64,000 nt of DNA, taken from the NCBI GenBank assembly GCA_964247055.1, contig OZ176050.1, forward strand, positions 10,168,001 through 10,232,000. Reading direction: 5' to 3'. The position numbers were made by a program, and so were the translations under genes. Positions 26,401 through 39,272 of this stretch are shown one piece after another. The DNA is from Paragordius varius. Taxonomy: Eukaryota > Animalia > Nematomorpha. How positions within the stretch are numbered: the first letter of the stretch is position 1; each line of letters starts with the position of its first letter. The notes beneath the pieces are model-generated. The model was not told the origin of the DNA. It did not search any database and saw only the letters and a program-made list of their open reading frames with translations.

Positions 26401-29400
26401 TCTTTGTCAATTTTTGTTGAAAAGTCTACAGTTGATACGTATTCGAAAACTATGAAAAATTTACAAAATCTAGTAGGAGGTAAAATACAAATCAAAAATT
26501 TTTTATATTTTTTATCCAAGTTCAAATTGGTTACTTGATCAAATTATTTAATTATAAAATTCCTAACCATATTACAAATAATTTATTTTTGTGTATATTT
26601 AGAGGTCGAAAAATTGCAACAACAAATTGTGAAAATTATAATTAATAATCGGGATGTTGGGAGGACTGTTTCTAGCCGATTTATATTTCTGAAAAAATTT
26701 CGTGAATTCATTCGACAAAATCTCAATCTCAATATTGTATGACTTTTTTATTTATAATTCTTTTATCTATTTTTTGTATTTTTTTTAATGAAAGCGGGTT
26801 ACATAACTACTCGATTGATAAAATATATTTAGCGTTAAGTTATCTGTAAATACAGATATATCAGAAAGATGAAGTTTAAATATATGGTAAAGATGAGGAC
26901 TAACAAACAAAAAACACAGTGCAAATTTAAATATAAAAATAAAAAAAGTAAAAACTTTTAGACAATTTATCTATAAAGATAACCAAGCCAACCTTGAGTT
27001 TTCTATATAACGTATATGAATACAATTGTAACATACATATTTGAATGTCTAACTAATCTACATATTTTACCCATTACGATAGCTTTTTACATTAAAAAGG
27101 CTTAAAATTATAAAAATATGGTTGTCTTTATATAAAAAATATTAGTTAGTTTATGTCTTGTATCTTATTTTTCTTACTCTGTGGTAATTAACTACTATGA
27201 GCTTTTAAACTGAGTGGGTAACGACGAGGGATTGTAGGTTAAATGATGTGAAAATCGTCGTAAAATAACATGAAAATAAAATATAATTCATCAATTCTCA
27301 AATTTTCGCCATAGGCATCATCAGAAAATCATTTAAGAAAAAATATATAAATATATAATAACAAAAATTAAATGCTTATGATTTTTCATTTTTATATTAA
27401 TTTATCTAAGTTAATATTTTACGGATTATAAATTCTGTTTATTTATCAGATATTTTATTTCAATACTTGTTAATAGATTAATCATCCATTTAATAAATGT
27501 CCTTATCCAGCTATCTTATGTTTTTTCCATCATTTAATCAAAGAAACACGCTCGGAATGGGAACGATTTAATATTAAATATCCACATCGTTCTGTACCCA
27601 TACAAGGTGATATTTATTTTTTTTTATTTTAAATTGTAGGATGTATCTTTAACATTAAAATATTTATCTAATTCTCTATGTATGCATATGCGAATTTTTT
27701 TAATATCGTGATTTGACTCTTTTTTTTATTTTTAATGTTTTTAATACAATAAATAGACAAAAACTGCGATCCAACTATTTAAATTTTTAAATATATGAGA
27801 ATTTAGCAGTAAAATTTTGCTTCTTCAAATTAATTATTCTAAAACTTTTGTTCTATTATACTTATTTTAAATATGTTATCCCTCAATGTTAGGTGCTTTT
27901 ATTCCAGCCCAAACGTTTTACAATGATTCCATCAATTACTTTGATTTACAGCGTTTAGCTGGCTTGTTTAGTTACCTGAAAAAAACTTATGAGTCCGAGC
28001 TTAATGCCGATCTAAATAACTACAATCAGCATAGTAATATCGGTAATCGGAAAGATAATTTATCTGAAAATAATGATAGTAATATTACATTTTCTACCTC
28101 TAATAAAAGAATTAATCGAGGTAATGATTTAACTGAATCATCTACCTCACTGAGTAGTACATCAGTTTCCTCGCTTAATAATCAACCCAGTAATAATATG
28201 GTTAACCAAAATACCACTAATATGGATCAATCGTTGAGAAGGTTTGAAATGTTGGATTCAATTTATTTTATGCAATGGATAATGTTTAAATTAAGATTAA
28301 GCAACAAACAGTTTAAATGTTTTACGATCATATAAGTGGGTTTAAATAAGTTTTGGTCTTGAAAATTATTTAATGATTAGATTTATATCAACAGTCAAAA
28401 AGGCATATTATAAATCCGTATAATGTAATGTATTATATTAAGTCAAATTCTATGCAATTATCAAATTTAAGTTCAACAAAGATCGACAGCTCTATATATA
28501 CCATTTACACTTCAAGAGAGTCCTTGAACAATTCAAGTTGGTCCTTGAACAGTTCAAGTTGGTCCTTGAACAATTCAAGTTGGTCCTTAAAATTTATAAA
28601 TTTATAATTTTTGCATTTATTTTTTTTATATAATTATTTATTAACCTAAATTTCTTTATTTATTATATATTTATTCATTTAAAAATATATTTTTTTATTG
28701 AAAAACCACTTTTTTTGTTTAAAACTATTTTTTTTCAATTGAACAAAATTATTGACTTTTAAATGTTTTTAATGAAAAATTTTAATTAATAACCCAGAAA
28801 ACTTATATATTTTTTCATTTCGTGTTAAAATCTTATAAATATCTAAATTTATTTTGAGAAATTAATAAAGATATACGGGTTTTCAAAGATTAAAAGTTGA
28901 TATCGATTCGAAATTTATGTCAAATAATAGAAAATAGGTTAAAAACAATAAAATAGACGAATTATCTTCGATTTGATTGATAAAAGTTAAAAACAAAACA
29001 AAAAAGTTAAAAACTTGAATTGTTCAAGGACCAACTTGAATTGTTCAAGGACCAACTTGAACTGTTCAAGGACCAACTTGAATTGTTCAAGGACCAACTT
29101 GAACTGTTCAAGGACCAACTTGAATTGTTCAAGGACACTCTTGAAGTGTAAATGGTATATTAATTGATTTTACAAGTATTATTATATATTACTAAATTAA
29201 TTAAAAATCATAAATTATATTGATTTTAGCGAAATATCATCATCAAATCCAAATCTTGCAATGCGTAATGATTTGCAATTAAGCGCCAGTAATACAACTT
29301 CAACCATGTATTCCAATGTTAATCAAAGTACCACACAGTTGGATAAAGGTTATTTAGAGATTATTCCATGTGAAATTTATAAATTAGATTTTACCGCTTG

Positions 29401-32400
29401 GAATTCCCGATCATAATCAATTATAATCATAACTATGAAAATACTATTAAATGCAAAAATATGAATATACTATTTGCACTTCAAGAGTGTCCTTGAACAC
29501 TTCAAGTTGGTCCTTGAAATAAAGTTTGTCCTTTGACTTTTTTGTTTTGTTTTTAACTTTTATCAATCAAATCGTATATCATTCATCTATTTTATCGTTT
29601 TTAACCTATTTTCTATTATTAAGCATAAATTTTAAATCAATTTTTTAATCATTCAGAAACCTTATATCTTTATTATTTTTTTAAATTATTTATAATATTT
29701 ATAAGAATTTAACACGTAATTAAAAATATACAAGTTTTCTGGGTTATTATTCGCAATTTTTTTATTAAAAACTTTTAAAAGTTAATTTTGTTAAATTGGA
29801 AAAAAATTGGTTGGAAACAAAAAAGTGGTTTTTGATATAAAATTTTGTTTTAAAATGAATAAATATATCATAAATAAAGAAAATTAGTAAAAACTAATAA
29901 AATAAAAAATAAATGCAAATATTATGGTTAAATTATTTAAAAATTTTAAGGACCAACTTGAAGTGTTCGATCAACTTGAAGTGTTCAAGGACCAATTTAA
30001 AATGTTCAAGGACCAACTTGAAGTGAAAATGTTATATATCTAATTAATTGTTTTTGTAATAAAGTTACAATAAAATAATAATATTATTTATATCGATATG
30101 TTATAACTAGGGTTGTGCATTTCACTGCTTTTTCAAAAAAGACCGGTCAGACCCAGTCAGACCATGGTCATGACCGTGGTCATGACCACTTTTTACATAA
30201 GTAAATATCATGCGATATTAGATTGTGAAAATAATGTTCGAACATTGGGTTTCACTAATAATGTCATGTTTTTTCTTAAAAGTTTGTATTATACATTTTT
30301 TTGAAATTTATTTTTACAAATATTTTCAATCGAATTTAATCGAAATTGTTTTCAAATGAATATTGGCAAATGTTTGTGGCCTTTGAATCTTCAAACACAT
30401 AGCTTTTAATGGAAATTTCAAGTAAAATTTTACTTAGTTTGTTTTACACTTCCTTCATCATTAAAATATCCAATTATAGGATATTTTTTATTGGTTCACA
30501 TATATGAAATAATTGCATATTTTGCAAAGTGCTTGATTATTTTGTTATTCGAAATAACCGGATATGCTTAAATGCTAATGTCATAAGGAGTCATGTTTGA
30601 CAATTTTAAATATATTGTTAAATAAGCATATTTAAATATTTAATTTTTATTTTTTAAAAAATATATTAAAAAACAATAAAATCTTATATCTATCTTCCAA
30701 AAAAAATTTACTAGCATTTTTCAAAAAACAGCTGTTTTTTTCAATGACTATGGTCAAAAAATAAATAGTCACTGACCTGGTCAGGACCAGGTCAATTGAC
30801 CGGGTCATGACTAAGTCAGAACAACCCTAGTTATAACATTATAATCTTGAAATAAATTTTTCTTTACTACTGCTTTTTCAAAGCTCTAAACCACATGAGA
30901 AATTTTTTTACCGATTTGACCTAACCCTATATAGAAAAATAGATATTTACAATAAAAAACTAACGTTTGACTTTTATTTATTTAACATCCCTGTGAGGTG
31001 GTAAGAGTTTGCTGGTCTGTAAATTATTTTTGAAGATTTTCATTGAAATAATTTTCGATTATATATGTTATAGCAAACGCCACTATATCTCTCAATCCTC
31101 GTATCAGAGCAGAAGCATCGTCCTCCTCACTAATTGAATTATTGGATGGAATTGTTTTGCTATATTTTATTTCTGGACATAAGCATACATCTAAGGTTTT
31201 GTTTGATTTACTATATCCAATATCGATTTTTATAATGTTAATCTTGAAAATTAAGTTAACGCAAACTTTTAGTGAAAAAATACGAAATAAACCATATAAA
31301 ATTTGTAAAAAGTCAATTTTTTGAATATCAATGTTAAATATCTCATTAGGCATAAAAATGGTTTTGAAGTTTTAAAAAAGAAAAAATTTTTTGCTAAAAA
31401 ATTTCAATTGTAATGTTGCAAAGGATCCAAGATTAATTAACAAATATAAACGATTTGATTTTGTTGTCCGATTTTAGCTGCTTTATTTACTAAAAACTGT
31501 TACTCACAAAATATCACAAAAATCCATTTTTCCTAAAAGTGGCAAAAAACTAGGTTCGACTGTATTAAATTTTGTACACTAAAAGTGTTTTATTAAACAA
31601 ATTAGATGGCAAAGGTACGAGAGATTTTGAAAGAATATCTCACAACTATAACGTCGCTCCAACAGAATATCAATATTTGTCCTCCAGATGTATATATTTT
31701 TAACATATTTTTTTGTAATTTTATTTTTTTGCCAAAATTTAAATCAATAAAAATCATAACAAATTATATACTGGCAATAATTTATTACACATTAGCTCGA
31801 TATTGCAATTTTATTTTAGTTAAATGAAAATTTAAACGTTTTAATTTTTTGTTGCAAATAAAAATTACACATATTCAGAAGACTGGAATAAAAAATGAAT
31901 TGGAACGTACTAAACAAGTTTTCATTAATAATGCTATGGAACAAGCTCGTCTATTGGCATGGATAAAAGTCGTCGTTTTTTCCAAGGTATTATCATATTT
32001 GCGCATACTTAATTCTTATTTATTATTTAAATAAGCCACAAAATTATAAAATAACTCTCTATATAAAATATATTTATTATCAAATGCATTATTTTATAAT
32101 GGATGGTTATGATAGAGGCAGTAAATTATGAATAATTGAAACAATAATACAGTGATGATTATGCCAACAAAATTATATATCTCAATATAAATCCATTTCT
32201 CCCAGTGCATATATCAGAATTTGAAAAAAAATATTAGTTGCCGAGTGTTAAAATTCTAATTTTGCCCAAATTTAAAAATAAGCATTAGTTTGCTTTATTA
32301 GTTAATTAATTAATTATGATAACTAGATGTTCTATTTTTATGTATGAAAAATTTATAGGAGAAACAGTCAAATGTAGCATGGCTCTTGGGGGTTATTATT

Positions 32401-35400
32401 CGAACATTAAACAAGGCCATTGATAAAGGAGGAAACTTATATTTATTTGTGCCCGAATTTTATTTGGAAACGTGCTTAAACATATTCTCCGACCTTAAAA
32501 ATAATTTTAATCCCACTGCCCCTTTGGAGGATATTGCAGGTTATATTCTATTCAATCGTTTTCGTAACTATTGACATTATGTGCAAATTAAAAACTAATA
32601 TATAAGCTAAATGTTTTATTGGTTTTACACCATTCACCTTTCACTGACTGATAATTGTCATCATTATTTCTTGAAAAAATACATCATTTGAATAGATGTT
32701 GTCCATTGCTAATTAAAATTATAATTTATAATTTTTGTCACCCAATTTTCTCGATAATCAATTTTACTTTATACAGTAAAAATTGAAATATACGGACAAA
32801 ATTTAAAAATATAAAGACTCATATTTTTTCAAAAGAAAACCATACTTTTTAAACCTTTCTCATATGTATTATTTAATTACCATTTTAATACATATGATTG
32901 ATTAGGTTATCAATATACATCTCTATTTCATACTTTGTAATTTAGATTTCTATTAAAAAATATTAAAAATTTGTCTTGATATTCTTACATATTGTCCATA
33001 TAATTTCAGTTTTTATTCTAAGTTGGTGAAATTTATCACAGATTTTAATGAGGTGTTATTACCGGCTTACGTAATATTAATGGTACGTTTCTTTTCTCGT
33101 GACGCCATAAAAATTGTTAATGCGGATTTGCGGGAAAAACTAACTCAATCGCTGGGGGATTGTGTATGTTATGCACCAGCTCTCCACGTTTTAGAGCATA
33201 AATTGGGCAAAGATCAAAGGTTTATTTTTTCCAATTTAAAATTTGCTTTTTTGAACGTCTTTTTGCCTATCCATATATGATATAATATATTTTTATTCTA
33301 AAATACAAATGGTTGGAAGAAAAGAACCAATAATGAAATATATAATGTGGCTTTTCAAATATATAACCTATATTTTTAAAATTAGCTTATAGGTGGAAAT
33401 TAATCTAATTTTTTGATCTAATAAAATCTAAATATCTAATTTAGATTGGATTTAGTACGAACTCTCCTTAGACCATATGAAAATAGGCCGTGGGCCCAAA
33501 CTAATTGGATCTTAGTGAGATTTTGGAAAGGTTGTGGTTTTGGATTTAGGTATACCATGCCACCCATACCAGAAGCTAAAGCTGTTCATCATTTGCCATC
33601 ATCAAAAAAAAGTATTTTTTAATTTAAAACTGAAAGATACATTTCAATGAAAGTGTTAGCTATTTTAAAAAATAAAAAATATACCATTGAACCATAAATT
33701 TAAATCTATATTGCAATGTATATCACACTCGAATACAATATATAAATTGTTTAGGTTGTCCACAAACAACCAGCGAAATAACTATCAATGATTCTGCCTT
33801 AAATATAAATGATGATGACCCTCATAAAATGGGTAGAACAGCGAGAATAGATTCTAAAAGCGGTTCATCACCCCTAATTATTGATAATAATCCATCATCA
33901 TCGTCTCGCCCCATCCCTTCTGTCCTACGCTCAGGGTTTGAAGCCATGCAGCAAAGTTATCCAAACCTAATATCAAGCACTTCATCTTTAACACCAAGCA
34001 GTGTGGATAGCGTGAATGAGCAACCATATTCTGACAGTCCTACTTCATACACTAATTTAATTCCAATAACATCATCAATTTCTATCACAACATCAACCAC
34101 TAATCAAACATCAAGAAATGACATTCAACAAAATTTACCGCAAAATGAAATGCAAAACGAAATTGCAACCAATGTTATAATAAAGTAAAAAATGCACATT
34201 ATATAATGTAAAAACTAGGGAACAAATATGGTTTTTCTGTAAAGACAGCAGCCATTTTTTGTTACACCTTGATTTATTTCTGCTTATATAATTACAATAA
34301 TTGCAAAAATATATTATAGAGTTTGTGTTACCAATTTACATCTTTCCATATTTTTCTAACTTTAAAAAAATATGTTTTAAAAAATTAGGCGGACCGAAAA
34401 ATATGGTTTTATTGATTTATATCATTTGAGAGACTATAAATATATGTTTATACCAATAGTTAAATTTTAAATTATTTAATTGATGTTAAATGCAATCACT
34501 TATAGCTAATACATTTTACATATATGATCACCATAAAAACAAACAATAATAGCATTAGTTTCAAATATATCACTCGACTAAGATATTAAAAAATTACAAA
34601 GTTTTTGAAAATATGGTGTGGTTGTCTTTTACTACATTTTGTATCTGTATAATTTCAATTTTTACTGTAAATAGCAATATCACCGATAATAGTTTATTGC
34701 CTCGTTCTGAGCCGTCTATTGATGATAGTAATACAATCAATCGATTAAGTCCATTAACTAACCTGGGTAATACTGCTTCAACAAGTGCAATCAATATGCC
34801 TTCCACCTCTGGTCTTCTCCCCACGCGATCTAATGCTACTGGTTCAAAAGGGTCCCCCATTGGAGAAATGTTAAAACCTATGCCATCACCCATATACCAG
34901 GCCCATGTTGGGGAAGTAAGGCTGAAAAAATGTATTTTTTTTATAATAACTGTAAAATTTAAAGTAATGGGTAGTACAGACCTAAATTGTATTTACCAGG
35001 CTCATGTTGTAGAGATGAGAGTAAAAATGAAAATTTTAACAGTTTGTTTCTTTTATCTTTTAACTACGGGTAAGGACTCTTATTTTGAAAGTATTTTCGC
35101 ATTACATTGTGACTTTTTTTTCACTTATCATGCTTTTTAGGTGTTAAGTGAAGATGTGGAGAAAGCCGCTGCGACCGTAAATAGTATACTTAATCAACTG
35201 AATTGGGCTTTTTCTGAGTTTGTGGGAATGTTACAAGAAGTATATATCAATCAATATTTTTGTATAAATTTACAATTATTAAAAGTTAAATGTTGTTTTT
35301 TTTCGATACAATAAACGCACCAACGATTTTATTGGTTTAAATATATTACATTATATTATTATTTTTAATACTTAATGGCCTGTTTGGTAAAAAAAGGAAG

Positions 35401-38400
35401 TTAGTAATACTTTTTGTTCATATTAATTTACGAAAAAAAATTCATATGCTAAAAACTATCAGGGTATATGATGATCCGTTTTAATGCTGAATTTTGTTAT
35501 ATTTAATGGTGAATGACACTTTAGTTTGATTATAGTGAATAGTCATCAAACAAAAACAAAATTATTTTTTAGACAGATCTCATATTTTTTTAATTATATT
35601 ATCCGCATCATTGGTATGTTACACAATTTTTTTATATGATTGTTTAAATTAATACTTTAACCACAGTAAAGATTAATATATTTGGTAATAATTATCATTT
35701 TTACTTCATTTATTTTTATTAAAGGGTTTACGATGTTAAAAAAAATTGTACGCCTTTTGTCTATAATATATTGAAACAACTCATTTGATCCCGATAAAAT
35801 TTCAAATTTGCTTTATATAAAATATTATGTTATCCTTTTATTCATATTATTTTGGGTCTGATTATTAACTTATTTTTTGAATCAATATTTTTTTGTCACA
35901 TTTTTAGATTCAACAAGCCGCTACACGAACAGATGTTCAGGTCTTTATTGATGCACGACAGCTTAAATTATGCGCAACATGTTATGATCTAACTGTTTAT
36001 CTTTTGAGGTAGTTTTTTCCTTTTATATTAAAAAAACTATTATAAAATGTCCAAACTTTAGGGTAATTTTTTTATTAAATCTATTTGAGACAAATGTTTT
36101 AACCATTTTATTTTTTCATAAAATAGATGCCTTGAATTAATTAGTCATGTGTGTCCCGCCGTATTTACGGCTTTTGAAAAAAGCCCTTCTGCCGAAATAA
36201 TGCTCACTAATCTCTTTCAAGTATCTCATTTTTTTAATATTCATTGTAAATTTTTATATTTTAATTTATATAACCAATTTAAATCTTTATTTTCAAATAT
36301 GTTTTTTAAAATATTTTCTTTTAATATAAAAACTAATGTAATATTTATTAAAATAGCTGATTTGCCAAATTTTGGCCCGGGTTACCACGAAGAAAAGTGC
36401 TTTTAATATGGTGATTGCTTTGAAGATTGCAGGATTAGAGCTAATTCAACATTACATAATTATTAGCGCTGTAGTCGGTATCTTGATTCAACTTATTATG
36501 CGTGTGGATAGCGAAAGGTACACAAATATTTATTTAGTTTTACTAAAATAATTCTTAATTGTATGAAACAATATTATGTAATTATAATTTATCATTTTAG
36601 ACTTAAATTTGCAGAGTATACAGTATCGAATTTCTTTAATTATTAACTTTTTTAATTAATTTTATAAATACATTCTTTATTAAACATTTTTCATACTACC
36701 TGAAATTTATTAACGATTTCAAATGCTGTAAGTAAATTATTTTTTCAAAGATGTTTTATCATTTTAACCTTGAAGTTTTCCTTTTTTAATTTCATTTTTA
36801 AATTAGCCTATGTTTATATAATTCATAATGCGCCAGAGGTTATTATTTTAAATATATTAGAAACGTGGCTCGTTCTCACATAAAGTTATTGCGCACTATT
36901 GTCAAAATAGCAGGATAATTTATAAATTTTAGATTGATATTTGTATGTTAAATTAAAATTAAATTACGACATTTTAAGGTTAATTTTCCAAATTATTACA
37001 TATAAAATATATTTGTTTTCTTTTTTGAATAACTTATTAGCCAAAAAAGAACCCTATACACACTGTTACACGAACCTGGATTCCAATTATCTTCGTTGAA
37101 ATGTTTGTTGGAGATGACGGAAACTGATCAATATGGACACAAAATATCGGCAGAAGATGTGGCTGTCATGAAATTATTTTGCTTACGTTATTGTAAATTT
37201 TATATATCATCTTTTCTGTGCATAAGCTTAATTTTTTACATATTAAAAAAATGGATAAAAAATATCCTACGCAGTAAAAATTAATGGATTATATTTCCAA
37301 ATTTTTGAGATTCTTAGCGAATCTCAAAATTTTAACATCTCAACTAATCATTCTAACACTATTTACGGTTTAGTGATTGATAACCATATTTTAGTCATTT
37401 TGATTAGTTTCGAAATTGCTTATTAAAACGTTTTGGCCTTTTGTTTATTCATCACATTACAGTAACAAGTGAAATTCTAAAGAGAAAATATATAAAAACA
37501 AAATGACAAATATTTTTCGAAACCTGTATTTTTATTAATTATTCATTTTTAGTTTTTTAAATATATAATTGAGAGTGCCAATAAAAATATTATTTCTTTA
37601 TCTGCAATCCAAAACGATTATTATTTGAAAAAATCACTTTATCATTGATTGATTATTCTAAAAAATTATGTTATATTTTTACATTTTGTCTGAATAATAT
37701 CAATTTTACTGTATATATTATAAAATTTGCCCTTTTAGATACGGATGTAAATCAAGAGGAAATTAACGAATTATGGGCAATGATAGAATTACTTGAAACG
37801 GAAGAAAAAATTGAGACTTCGACAGTGCGAAAATCGATTTCAGATGAGGACTTATGTCCCATTTGTTATGCCCGTCCATTGGAAGTTAAATTCATACCAT
37901 GTGGTCATGAATCTTGTCGGTAAATTTCATTATTATTTATATTTAGGTTTTGGATTCATAACTTTTACATACTATTTATTGGAATAGTTATAATTTTATT
38001 CACATGCTTATGTTAATTTAATGGGAAACAAACATTAAATGCGATTAAAACTGTTGATATAAAGCAATTTTTGGGGATGAATGTGAATTTTTTTTATATC
38101 AACAATCATGTAATTATTTAAGTCTGGTCATTTAATTATTTTACATTTAACTGTTTTTAATTAATTTATTTACAATTGATAAAAAAATATACAGTTTAGA
38201 GTCTCTTTTTTCCTTTTAAAGGGTAAGGACTTAAATTGTATCCGGGGATGTGAGGGCTTTAACACTCGCCTGCCCAGGGCTGACAGGGACGATGGTAAAT
38301 TGCGTAGTTTCGGGGTTCGAACTCTGGCACGCAGTGTAAGAGTCCGGCGCCTTACCTACTATACCATCACGCCTTCTTACGTACAATTAATGAAAGCTTT

Positions 38401-38531
38401 AAAATTGTAATTTGACTCTTTTAATTTATTTTTTTAGATCATGTATCACACATTACATGATGAACAAAAAGGAGTGCTTCTTTTGCAAGGCAATTGTCGA
38501 AAGTATAAAGGATATAGCAGCAAAGTCTTGA
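21256..38531 (+). CDS. RNF123: E3 ubiquitin-protein ligase RNF123/KPC1 (N-terminal SPRY, C-terminal RING), about 34 exons
   Basis: Spliced motifs [118 protein letters not shown] and the [14 protein letters not shown]...[24 protein letters not shown] match recalled human RNF123 in order. Stop TGA at 38529-38531. Confidence 0.97.
24028..24124 (+). other. U12-type AT-AC intron (97 nt) in RNF123
   Basis: 5' site ATATCCTTT, branch TTCCTTAAC at 24095-24103, 3' site ATAC. Splicing restores [17 protein letters not shown]. Confidence 0.93.
25226..25811 (+). other. U12-type AT-AC intron (586 nt) in RNF123
   Basis: 5' site ATATCCTTT, branch CCTTAAC at 25777-25783, 3' site TTAC. Splicing restores [23 protein letters not shown]. 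Confidence 0.9.
28499..29157 (+). mobile_element. TA-flanked MITE with long TIRs made of 21-bp tandem repeats, copy A
   Basis: TACCATTTACACTTCAAGAG...CTCTTGAAGTGTAAATGGTA, with the unit CCTTGAACAATTCAAGTTGGT repeated about 3 times on the left and about 6 times (inverted) on the right. Confidence 0.85.
29468..30034 (-). mobile_element. Same MITE family, copy B, inverted relative to copy A
   Basis: Same TIR and 21-bp repeats; the interior is the reverse complement of copy A's interior. Confidence 0.8.
30108..30829 (+). mobile_element. Complete hAT MITE with 8-bp target-site duplication
   Basis: GTTATAAC|TAGGGTTG...CAACCCTA|GTTATAAC, with subterminal GGTCA/TGACC motifs at both ends. Confidence 0.92.
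38200..38373 (-). mobile_element. tRNA-Lys-derived SINE, best-preserved copy, in the last RNF123 intron
   Basis: Minus strand reads GGCGTGATGGTATAGTAGGTAAGGCGCCGGACTCTTACACTGCGTGCCAGAGTTCGAACCCCG followed by the shared body. The T-arm does not pair, so it is not a functional tRNA. Confidence 0.8.
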
Positions 38532-39272
38532 TTTATTTATTTATTTTTGAAAATTTGCTAAAATTTGTGAATATAAATATTTGTATTGTTAAATTTGTTT
38601 GGCGTTAATGATTTGTGTGAATATGCATTATAAATATTATTTATGAATAAATATAAAAATTTGCTAAATTGATTCCTCCATATTAAAACAAATCATTTGG
38701 CCATAGATTGTCCACAATCAATATAATATATGATCTTAATACTTCATAATTTACAGTAAATGGAATAAAACAGACAAAACGGAAAAATATGAAGACAAAT
38801 ATTTTTTCAAAAGACTACCATATTTAAGTTTTCCTATGTAAATTATTTAATTAAAAATGTAAATATATAATTTATTTTTTAGCTAATTATATCTCTATTT
38901 CATACTTTCCAATTCATAAGGTATAATTTTAAATTATAGTTTATAAAACACAGCGGCCTTTTGAAAAAAATATTTTTCATTATATTTATACCTTTTTGCG
39001 TATAAATTTAATTTTTAATCTAATACATCTGCGAAAGTCGATAGATGATGGCAAGTAGTCTTAAATATATATATTATCCAACAATACAACTCTTGTGTAT
39101 ATCCATAAGCCTTTCATAATGAGCTCGTTTAATACGCTTAATGCGTCTAACATACATTTTATCGTGTCGTGATGGATGTGCAGTTTTAGTGTAATTTGAA
39201 TCCAGCAACAGAATACCATTCTTCTTTCCAATAAGGTTGGTGCAATTCTGCTGATGTGTTTGTAATCTTAGG

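Noticed and set aside
28520-29140. 21-bp tandem repeats superficially resembling a CRISPR array
   Set aside because: There are no unique spacers and no cas genes, the context is a eukaryotic intron, and the units are subterminal repeats of a MITE.
36601-36630. Candidate micro-exon RLKFAEYT in RNF123
   Set aside because: Direct joining of 36517 to 37041 already gives an in-frame sequence that fits the orthologue ([20 protein letters not shown]).
38300-38373. Possible functional tRNA gene
   Set aside because: The acceptor and T stems do not pair, and the head continues into a body shared by three dispersed copies, so it is a SINE.
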